52,369 nt of DNA, from the NCBI GenBank assembly GCA_964437755.1, contig CAYTIA010000006.1, positions 1 to 52,369 on the forward strand. The letters run 5' to 3'. This DNA comes from an uncultured Pseudomonadales bacterium (GTDB taxonomy: Bacteria > Patescibacteriota > Microgenomatia > UBA1400 > PJMF01). The translations under genes were made by a program, and so were the position numbers. Positions 1-8,600 of this stretch are shown here, one piece after another; the first letter of the stretch is position 1, and each line of letters starts with the position of its first letter. A model generated the notes under the pieces. The model saw only the letters and a list, made by a program, of their open reading frames with translations, was not told where the DNA came from and did not search any database.

Positions 1-200
1 TTGGACGATGCTTCTCCCCTTACCACTGAACCAACCACTCTTAATTTCACACCTTCAAAAAGTTTAGGATGTTTTTGCCTTAGTTTGGATTCGAAACGCT
101 CAAACCACAGCTTTCTTAAAGATGATTGATTTTCGGAATCTGAATCTGATGGTCGTAGTTTTCCCAATGGGTTTCTGTATTGTTCTTTCACTAAGCTCAT
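1..200 (-). CDS. Partial (runs off the window edge) nucleotidyltransferase-domain protein, Pol-beta/MNT-like
   Basis: Manual translation from ATG at 200: MSLVKEQYRNPLG...GVKLRVVGSVVRGEASS, open to the edge. The GSxxRG glycine-serine loop is typical of minimal nucleotidyltransferases; the DxD motif would lie outside the window. Confidence 0.5.
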   Translation of the reverse strand, partial: MSLVKEQYRNPLGKLRPSDSDSENQSSLRKLWFERFESKLRQKHPKLFEGVKLRVVGSVVRGEASS

Positions 201-245
201 TATTCAATAATAATTCTCAATTGACAACTTTTCTAAAAGGTATTA

Positions 246-271
246 AATATATGAATATGAATTCATATAAA
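246..271. promoter_or_regulatory. ArsR/SmtB-type operator (12-2-12 inverted repeat) overlapping the arsR start; TTGACA -35 box at 221-226
   Basis: Perfect inverted repeat TATATGAAT (248-256) / ATTCATATA (261-269) with the TGA...TCA core of SmtB/ArsR boxes, directly ahead of and over the ArsR-family gene start. Confidence 0.7.
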
Positions 272-571
272 TGTTGCACTCCGGGCTCACCTCAACTAAA
301 TAACATCACATCATTATCAAAATTATTAACCTTTATTGGCAAAGAAAGTAAGCTACAAATACTATGCCTACTTAAAGAGAATGAGCGTTGTGTTTGCGAG
401 TTGCTTGAATGTTGCAAGATGTCACAAAGTTTAATCTCTCATCATTTAGCTGACTTAAAAAAAGAGGGCTTGGTAGCAAATCGCAAAGAAGGTCGTAAAT
501 CTTTTTACTCTCTCACAAAAAAGGGGCAAGAGATTATCGTGAAAATTTTTTCAATTGATTTATTAATCTAA
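251..571 (+). CDS. arsR: ArsR/SmtB family metalloregulator (start probably ATG 251 or 257, not 122)
   Basis: KLQILCLL...ERCVCEL...SQSLISHHLADLK..GLV..RKEGR...YSL winged HTH; CVC motif as in R773 ArsR. Confidence 0.9.
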   Translation: MNMNSYKCCTPGSPQLNNITSLSKLLTFIGKESKLQILCLLKENERCVCELLECCKMSQSLISHHLADLKKEGLVANRKEGRKSFYSLTKKGQEIIVKIFSIDLLI

Positions 572-595
572 TAATAATTAGCAAAAAAACAAAAT

Positions 596-844
596 ATGAA
601 AATTCAAGTCTTAGGATCAGGTTGTCCAACCTGTCAATCACTTCATCAGTTAGTGCAAGATGTTGTAGTAGAACAATCATCTACTGCCGAAGTCGAGTAT
701 CTATCTGGAGCTGATGGTGTTCAAAAAATAATTGAGTTAGGGGTGATGGGCAGTCCGGTTTTAGTAATAAACGATAAAGTGGTTGCCACAGGAGTAATTT
801 CTAAAGAAAAAATCACCCAGTTAATTAATCAGGCTGAAAAGTAA
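596..844 (+). CDS. arsE: Small thioredoxin-like protein, MTH895/ArsE family
   Basis: MKIQVLGSGCPTC and GVMGSPVLVINDKVV..G motifs; 82 aa; second gene after arsR. Confidence 0.8.
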   Translation: MKIQVLGSGCPTCQSLHQLVQDVVVEQSSTAEVEYLSGADGVQKIIELGVMGSPVLVINDKVVATGVISKEKITQLINQAEK

Positions 845-846
845 AC

Positions 847-2010
847 ATGGATCAAACAATAAAACTTTTAAAAAAGAATTGGGCATTGCTCTTACTGTTT
901 TTTTCATACTTGGTCATTTTTCTATGGCAACAGCAAATTGGGGAACTTTTATCAAATACTGAGCTTAAGTTATTAATCGGCGACTCAATTTATCAAGGCT
1001 GGCTTGGACTAGTTGACTATTTGCAAGCCCATGTTTTGTTTTGTTTAATCCCAGCATTTTTTATTGCCGGTGCTGTAAATAGTTTAATCAGCTCTCAGAC
1101 AATCTTTAAATACTTTGGAGCTCAAAGTAAAAAATGGCTAGCTTACTCAATTGCCTCGGTAAGTGGCTTTTTAGTACAAGTTTGCTCCTGCACCATTTTG
1201 CCACTGTTTGCCGGAATTTGGAAAAAAGGCGCCGGTTTGGGAGTAGCCACTACATTTTTGTATGCTGGGCCGGCCGTCAATCTGTTGGCTTTAATCCTGA
1301 CGGGGCAAAGACTTGGTTGGGATTTTGCTATTTTTAGATTTGTAGTGTCAATTATTTTTGCCATCACCACTGGTTTAATTATGGAGCTTGTTTTTAAAGA
1401 CGAAAATCAAACAAAAGCAGAAAGTTTAGCAACTGTCGCAAATAACGAGATTTCAATAAATGGCAAAAAATCAAAGATCTTTTGGATAAACTTACTGGCT
1501 ATCTTGATAGTTGGCACCGCTCCCATTGAGTCTTCAATAAAAAGTACTGTTGTGTATTTACTCTCTGGTTTACAACTTATCCTTTCTTTCTCATGGCTTT
1601 CAAAAAATGATCGAGAAAACTGGTGGACAGAAACAACCAAATTCTTCAATCAAATTATCCCTTTATTGCTAGTAGGTGTATTTATTGCTTCATTCTTGAC
1701 TAATATGATTCCACAAGACAAATTTCAGGAGATTGCTGGTCAAAACACACTACTAACTAACTTTTTAGCAGTGCTATTTGGCGCTATCGCCTACTTTCCT
1801 GCTTTGGTTGAAGTGCCAATCGCCGAGAATTTCTTAAGATTGGGTATGAATAAAGGGCCACTTATGGCTTATCTGCTTTCTGATCCTGTTTTGTCATTGC
1901 AAGGACTGTTGATTATCCATAAACTAATTGGTACCAAAAAAACACTGGTTTATGCTTCAACAGTTGTAATATTAACTACCTTGGCCGGATTAATTTACGG
2001 AGGACTCTAA
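847..2010 (+). CDS. arsP: ArsP/DUF318 family permease
   Basis: HVLFCLIPAFFIAGA, VCSCTILPLF, FLYAGPAVN and YFPALVEVPI motifs; many hydrophobic segments; ars context. Confidence 0.85.
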   Translation: MDQTIKLLKKNWALLLLFFSYLVIFLWQQQIGELLSNTELKLLIGDSIYQGWLGLVDYLQAHVLFCLIPAFFIAGAVNSLISSQTIFKYFGAQSKKWLAYSIASVSGFLVQVCSCTILPLFAGIWKKGAGLGVATTFLYAGPAVNLLALILTGQRLGWDFAIFRFVVSIIFAITTGLIMELVFKDENQTKAESLATVANNEISINGKKSKIFWINLLAILIVGTAPIESSIKSTVVYLLSGLQLILSFSWLSKNDRENWWTETTKFFNQIIPLLLVGVFIASFLTNMIPQDKFQEIAGQNTLLTNFLAVLFGAIAYFPALVEVPIAENFLRLGMNKGPLMAYLLSDPVLSLQGLLIIHKLIGTKKTLVYASTVVILTTLAGLIYGGL

Positions 2011-2505
2011 ATGAAAAAATATTTGAGACCCTTAATTATATTACTAGCTATTGGAGGATTTATATTTTTTATTTCAAAATCCGACAACAAAAAACAAGTA
2101 TCAACTGCACAAGTTGCCACAGTGAATAGCGACGCTCCCACTTCAACAACTCCCTCAGAAACATTGGCTGTTAGCGATGCTGATCAAATAGTTATAGTTC
2201 ATTTTCACGGCACAGTACAATGCTGGTCTTGTATCGAGTTGGGGAAACTAGCTAAGGCGACTATTGAGGAAAGATTTCAGCCAGAATTAGCTGACAAAAA
2301 AATCATTTTTCAAGAAATCAACGGGGAGCTACCTGAAAACAAAGAAATAGTACAACTCTATCAAGCTAGAGGCTCATCACTATTTATCAACGCTATTAAA
2401 GACGATCAGAATCACATTCGTGAAGAAGTAAAAGCCTGGCAATTAATATCTCAAGAGGAAAAGTTTAAGGATTATCTTGAAAAAGAAATAAGAAAATTAT
2501 TGTAA
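2011..2505 (+). CDS. arsF: Membrane-anchored thioredoxin-fold protein, ArsF family
   Basis: N-terminal TM anchor, then VHFHGTVQCWSC (FHxxxxCxxC) motif; directly upstream of an ArsG-like gene. Confidence 0.75.
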   Translation: MKKYLRPLIILLAIGGFIFFISKSDNKKQVSTAQVATVNSDAPTSTTPSETLAVSDADQIVIVHFHGTVQCWSCIELGKLAKATIEERFQPELADKKIIFQEINGELPENKEIVQLYQARGSSLFINAIKDDQNHIREEVKAWQLISQEEKFKDYLEKEIRKLL

Positions 2506-2533
2506 ATTAAGGTTCGTCAAAAATAGGAGTCTC

Positions 2534-3262
2534 ATGGAATTAATCAATCAACTTTTAGAATCGACCACAGTTCCAATATTGGTGGCCTTCTTAATTGGAA
2601 TATTAACCTCAATTAGCCCCTGCCCACTGGCAACTAATATTAGTGCTGTGGCTTTTATCTCCAAAGAGATTTCTGATTCAAAAAGAGTACTTTTGAATGG
2701 TATCTATTATACTTTGGGAAGAATATTTACCTATACGTTATTAAGCTTTCTGATTAGTCTTGGTGTTTCCAGCTTTTCAATCGCTTCAATCTTTCAAAAA
2801 TGGGGAGATAAGGTTTTAGGCCCACTGTTAATTATCCTGGGCTTAATTATGCTCGATGTCATCAAAATACATCTAAAAACAGAAAACTCAAAAATTAATG
2901 ATCTCAAAAATCAATTATCGAAAAAAGGTTACTGGGGATCATTTGCTCTAGGAGCAATGTTTGCCTTAGCTTTTTGTCCTTACAGTGGAGTTTTGTTTTT
3001 TGGATTATTGATACCGTTAATAGCTTCTTCTGCTACCGCTCTAGTACTAGCACCAACTTTTGGCCTTGCCACCGGGCTTCCGGTAATTCTTTTCTCACTC
3101 GTATTAACCTTTGGTGTAAAACAGTTTGGGCAGATATTTAAGCTCACCCAAAAACTTGAGTTCTATGTTAGAAAAATCGTTGCGATAGTGTTACTATTAA
3201 CCGGCACTTATTATTTGAGATTTTTAATTATGATTATTTTCCGTCAGTTAACAACAAAATAA
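2534..3262 (+). CDS. arsG: CcdA-like membrane protein, ArsG family
   Basis: TSISPCPLATNISA and ALAFCPYSGVLFFG, the paired Cys-Pro motifs of CcdA/ArsG; SD AGGAG upstream. Confidence 0.8.
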   Translation: MELINQLLESTTVPILVAFLIGILTSISPCPLATNISAVAFISKEISDSKRVLLNGIYYTLGRIFTYTLLSFLISLGVSSFSIASIFQKWGDKVLGPLLIILGLIMLDVIKIHLKTENSKINDLKNQLSKKGYWGSFALGAMFALAFCPYSGVLFFGLLIPLIASSATALVLAPTFGLATGLPVILFSLVLTFGVKQFGQIFKLTQKLEFYVRKIVAIVLLLTGTYYLRFLIMIIFRQLTTK

Positions 3263-3337
3263 TCAAAAAAGGGTTTCAAGGGAAATTACCTTTGATGCGA
3301 CACTAACAAAATACTTACATTTTAAAATACAGTTTAT

Positions 3338-4027
3338 ATGTCAAATGAACTCTGTCAAAAGTCATCATACAGTAATAAATCTCTATTGTTTTTTTTAATT
3401 GCAATCGGAGTAATTGTTGGTAGTTTTTTTTGGACAAGAGGTTCGGCCAAAAGCATCGATCAAACAAACACTAATCTCATAACTTCGGCAAAACTTATCG
3501 TAGGCTATTGCCCTACAATGAAGGCTTATCTTCATCTTCTAGATCAACAAGCTTATGAATTTATTATGTTGCCATCATCGGCACTAGTGTTAGAACAGCT
3601 TAAATTAAATAAGATCGATCTAGCTTTGATTGGAAGAAAAGCAAAAACTCAGGAATTAAGTCATAATACTCAAGAGCAACTACTTATCGATGGTTATGTA
3701 CTAATAGGAATAGAAGATAAAACAATTGAAGCCGACCAGCTTTCTAATTACATTATTCATTCTTATCTACCAAGTAATGAGCTTGCTAACTTGTTCGCGA
3801 AAGAACAAACAATTGTTAAACATGATTATCTGCAATCTTCATTAAAGCAAATATCTACTCAAAATGATCTAGCAATACTTAAATGGTCAGAGTATGATGA
3901 ATCATTGTCACTGGTGACACCGGTTGTTGATCAGACAAAGGTTCTCTCATTTCGCTCTCCACATCTGTATTACTCAAAAGAGATCGCTAATGACATACAA
4001 CTAGCTAACAATCAAGATGAAATCTAA
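3338..4027 (+). CDS. Membrane-anchored hypothetical protein, possible periplasmic-binding-protein type 2 fold
   Basis: One N-terminal TM helix; LIVGYCPTM and LKLNKIDLALIGRK resemble PBP2/LysR-substrate-binding strands. Confidence 0.5.
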   Translation: MSNELCQKSSYSNKSLLFFLIAIGVIVGSFFWTRGSAKSIDQTNTNLITSAKLIVGYCPTMKAYLHLLDQQAYEFIMLPSSALVLEQLKLNKIDLALIGRKAKTQELSHNTQEQLLIDGYVLIGIEDKTIEADQLSNYIIHSYLPSNELANLFAKEQTIVKHDYLQSSLKQISTQNDLAILKWSEYDESLSLVTPVVDQTKVLSFRSPHLYYSKEIANDIQLANNQDEI

Positions 4028-4472
4028 ACAACAACAAATATTTACCATCGTTTTAATACTAATCATCACAGGACTAATGGGATACGTGATTATCAATCCA
4101 ACATCAAAAAAAAACAGCGTGGAACCAACACAAACCAGCCAAGTCACCTCCTCAACATCAGAAAGAGCTCCAGCTCTAACTGAATCAGGAATTATTATCT
4201 ACTACGGCATTACTTGCCCTTACTGCAAAGATGTTGATGAATGGATAGAAAAGAATAATGCTGAAAATTTTTTGGAGATCGCTCATAAAGAAGTGTATCA
4301 AAACAAAGATAACTCAAATGAGCTAATGCAAGTAGCAACCAGCTGTGGATTAAATATAAACAACGTAGGTGTACCCTTTATGCTAGCCAACGGTCAGTGT
4401 TACTCTGGAAAGCTTGAAATTATCGATTACCTACAACAACAGCTAGAGAAAGTAAAAAATGAAGAAAATTAA
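4017..4472 (+). CDS. Membrane-anchored glutaredoxin/thioredoxin-fold protein
   Basis: TM anchor, YYGITCPYC active site, VGVPF cis-Pro loop. Confidence 0.8.
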   Translation: MKSKQQQIFTIVLILIITGLMGYVIINPTSKKNSVEPTQTSQVTSSTSERAPALTESGIIIYYGITCPYCKDVDEWIEKNNAENFLEIAHKEVYQNKDNSNELMQVATSCGLNINNVGVPFMLANGQCYSGKLEIIDYLQQQLEKVKNEEN

Positions 4473-4977
4473 TCAACTTATTATTGCACTTGGTAGCATC
4501 TTTTCTTTGTCGATTTTATTTCCTGTACCTACACAAGCCGTCTGTCCCATTTGTACCTTTGCAGTCGGAGCCGGACTTGGCATTTCACGCTGGCTAGGGA
4601 TTGATGATGCAATTACCGGCTTATGGATTGGCGCTTTAGCCACTTCAAGTGGCATGTGGTTTGGAGACTGGCTAAAAAGTAAAAAGGTGGGTTCAAATAT
4701 CTTACTCACCATCAACTATTTTTCATTTCATATTTTACTTATTCCAACTTTATATCTGTTAAAGATAGCTGGAAATCCGTTTAATACTCTCTGGGGAGTT
4801 GATAAGATTATTCTTGGAATAATCTTTGGCTCAGTCGCTTTTTTCTTAAGTGTAGTCACCGACAGAACTATCAAAAAGAATAATAATGGAAAAGTGCTAG
4901 TTTATTACCAAAAAGTTATTCTTCCAATGTTTTACCTCTCAATCTTAAGTTTTATTTTTCACTTAATTACCAACTAA
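4459..4977 (+). CDS. Integral membrane protein with CxxC near the N-terminus
   Basis: Signal-like segment ending TQA, then VCPICTFAVGAGLG; about five hydrophobic helices; overlaps the upstream gene. Confidence 0.75.
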   Translation: MKKINQLIIALGSIFSLSILFPVPTQAVCPICTFAVGAGLGISRWLGIDDAITGLWIGALATSSGMWFGDWLKSKKVGSNILLTINYFSFHILLIPTLYLLKIAGNPFNTLWGVDKIILGIIFGSVAFFLSVVTDRTIKKNNNGKVLVYYQKVILPMFYLSILSFIFHLITN

Positions 4978-4989
4978 CAGATTATAAAA

Positions 4990-5565
4990 ATGGCAAAATC
5001 AAACAAAAACACCAGTAAAATCTCTGATCTTGAACTACAAAAATTCATGGATAAAGTTAAAGAAGCCGAGAAGGGTCACAAGCTCGATCTTTCATCTGAT
5101 GAAGACCTCTCGATCGGCATCATGAATCTTATCTCGATCGAGGAGCATTTTTTCTTCACCTATAACAAAACCAAAAACACACATTATTTAGATCTTCTCA
5201 ACGAAACCAGAGAAATGAGAAAAGATCTACTAAAAAGAATCATTAAGGACTATGAGGGAGAAGTCTGGTGTATCAGCAAACATTTATTAGCTGCCTCAAT
5301 GAGAATGATGGAGGTTGGCACCAAAGCTCTAACTAAAGGAGATAAAAAAGACGCTCAAGATTTTTTCAAAAAAGGTTATCAACTATATAGTCTTTTTTGG
5401 GGACTAAATTTAGGAGTAGTCAAAACAGAGAAACTCAAAGATAAAAAACCGGATGAGCTTGAGTATCTATCTGAAGATAATGAGCCACAAGTAAAAGCCA
5501 AGGCTAGTTTTTTTGAGAAGATGGGCGAGTTGGTAAAAAAAGCGGTGGACTGTTGTAAGGAGTAA
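4990..5565 (+). CDS. Soluble helical hypothetical protein with a C-terminal Cys-Cys
   Basis: 191-aa ORF in the same strand run; EEH, WCISKH and terminal DCCKE motifs. Confidence 0.75.
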   Translation: MAKSNKNTSKISDLELQKFMDKVKEAEKGHKLDLSSDEDLSIGIMNLISIEEHFFFTYNKTKNTHYLDLLNETREMRKDLLKRIIKDYEGEVWCISKHLLAASMRMMEVGTKALTKGDKKDAQDFFKKGYQLYSLFWGLNLGVVKTEKLKDKKPDELEYLSEDNEPQVKAKASFFEKMGELVKKAVDCCKE

Positions 5566-5605
5566 GCTTCTGTGGCTAAGTAATAAACATTCCGATAGTA
5601 AAGAT

Positions 5606-8600
5606 TTATTTAGCTTTTCTCATCAATCCTCCTGTAGATTTTTTATCCCCAACCCCCCTCATTAACATTGATCTATAACTATTCCTTATCATTACTCTTT
5701 CATCATCGGAAATTCCTCTTCCCTGAAGGTAAATTGACTCAAGAGCCTGCATCGCTGACCTCCCACCCTTTCTCTCAACCACATCAAGGGCTAAAGCTAA
5801 ATCAGGTATTGATCCAACATATCCACTATTTTCATGATCAGTAACCAAAGCAAGATAACTGTAAGCTAACTGGATAAAGGTATTTTCACCCCCACGATTC
5901 TCTATTTGAAGCAAAAGAAGTTTTTTTTGAGCTGGAGTTAGGTGAGTTGCTCTATAAAAAGTCAGTGGCAGCTCATCAATCACATCTGAAGGTAAATACT
6001 TTACAACAGCCATTACTCTTTCAAATTCACGATCAGAAAAACATCTTTCCCTAATAGAACCAAGGAGTGCTGATGAAATAACAGAATATCTATAAAGACG
6101 GAGCTCAATTATTTTATTCATTATTAATATTGTTTCAATTTCTGAAAAAATATTGCCACTTATCCCAGAAATTAAACGAGCAAAACAACTAGGCGCACTT
6201 TCAAGACCATTTAAATTATCCACGGAAAAAAGCTTAAGAAAAAGAACCAAGGGTATCTTTCTTAATAAGCCCTGTGAAAATAAAGTTGCTAATTCATAAA
6301 GATCATCATAATCAGCAACTTTTAAGTATTGAAGAAAAATTACTAAAGCTAATTCATTATTAATTGGAATCAAGTCTGATTTTCTCAAAAGAACGAAAAA
6401 TATGAGTCTGTCACCATTCAACAACAGAATATTAATCACTTCTTCTAGATATTCACTTGAATAATGTGAATCGTTAATTCTTTCAGCCAACAACAGAAGC
6501 GAATCTCTTGTACCGTAACGACTAATAAAAAATAAAACTTCTTCAGGAGGAACAATTGAGATACTGCCCTCAATAAATAAATCTGTTAAGTAATAACATT
6601 GTCGACTGTCTCCAACTATTTTGAAAATATTCCACAATCTTAGTTTAGTTTTATCATCAACTACATTAGTTGAGATAGCTGTCAAACATCTCGATGAAGT
6701 TTTTGCTCCACCATGCTCTTGAATAATTGAGTAAACGTTTTCCAAATCATGGGGATTAATTGCTTTTTTTTCTAGAGCAACGATTAATGCTGCTGAGCTC
6801 TCATCTCCAGCTATTAAAGCAACAGTCTCAAGAACTTCTTGCGAGCATCCTTTGTCAGATTGATTTTTAATTAATGATGCAGCAGCTTCATCATTACCAA
6901 TATCAGAAATAATGGAAAGTATTCGCGAAACTTCTTCATCAGTTTCTGATAATGAATCCAGATTTGAAGCTAGCATTTTAGCTATTCCTGAATTACCTCT
7001 TTTCCTAGCAAGTTTTAAAATCGTCGCTTTCCTAGATAAATATTGATGTTTGTTTTCAATTAGATTATTCAAAGCAAGAAGAGCTGTTTTTGGTCCCCCA
7101 ATTGTTAAAGCTATATCCAAAACTTCTTCTCGATCTACTTTCAATAACCTCATTTTTACTTCAGAAGTCTCTTCAGCCAGATCAAGCAATGCAAGCGCCG
7201 TTCTGTCTCCCCCAACTTTTCTAGCGATAGTTAAAACATCAACTGTTGAAACATTTTGATACTGACCCGTACACATATTTTCAACCAATGGGGCAGTAGC
7301 GTTATCATCTCCGTATTCACCTATACTTTCTACAAAAATAGCTATTTCCTCTCTTTCAACAGTTGGTTCACATAAATACGCAGCTAGCTTTATTGAAGCA
7401 GACGGAGATGAAGCAATCTTAAAAATTCTCCTTGCAATAATCCTGGCTTCCCCAGTGATCATTTTATCTACATAAGCACCCGCAAGTTTCATCAAAGTAT
7501 AAGTATCAGTCGATGTAAATTTTTTTCTAAGCTTATCATCATTAGCAATTTTGTTTTCTAAAAATGATAATATCAACTCTTGAACACTTTCGGGAAAAGG
7601 ATTACTGTTAAATAGCTTACTAACCAATCCTTTGATTGCTTCAATATGACCAATCTTACAAATTACACCTGCAATTGCTAATGAATCTTGGTTAGAAGGA
7701 CTTAACACTTCCAACAATATTGAAGCTGATTCATCACCTCCAATTTTTTCAATTATAGGTAATACTTCCAGCCCTACTCTCCTATCAACAAAGTCGCTTG
7801 CCAATACGTTTCCAGCTGTTTCTCCCCCAAATGTCTCAATTATCCATAAATATTTATCTTTTTCTTCATCTGTATCCTTAAATTGTTTTGAGGATAATTC
7901 AATTGCCAACTGCGTTGTTAGTTGTCCTCTCACAACTTTTGCTTCAAATAGCTTGGACTCTGGAAAAGAGTTTGATATTGATTCAAGAATTTCATCCATT
8001 CCCACATTAGAAAACATATCTGAAACCTCAAGCATATTAAATGAAGATAGAGAAATTGGATTATCTAACACCATTAAAGCAGCTAAGCGCCCCTCTGGCG
8101 TATCAGTTTCACAAATTAAATATCCAAATACTAATTGCTGCCAAGAAAGAGGTGCTTCTGGATGAGTTAAAAGTAATTTCCTGTGTTCCTTTTGGCTGAG
8201 ATGATAATAGAGAGTAATCAAATTTGAAATGTTAATTGGATCAAGTCTTTGAAACCGATCCATACGAGGTATTGTTAAGCCCCTTACTTCCCACGTATAG
8301 ACACGTACAGCTGACCTGATCGGAGTTTGATTATTTACAACAACCTCTATTCCAGGAAGCTCGGGAGCTTTTTTATGGTCTCCTTGATCTAAATGAATGT
8401 GCAAACCTTCAGGACTAGCTCTGTCAAAAAACATAGCTAAATTACCCAATTGAGCAACATAATCAACTCCATATATTAAATCATCATCTAGTTTTCTCAA
8501 TTCAAGAGTATCGCCCATATCCCTGCCTGCCATAAAACCAGGACAGTCAGTTTTTCTAGATTCATCTCCATACTCAATTTCTAGACCAACCTTTCTTGGT

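Noticed and set aside
122-250. 43-aa N-terminal extension of ArsR in the ORF track
   Set aside because: It overlaps the divergent ORF at 1-200 and the TTGACA promoter; ArsR homology starts near ATG 251/257.
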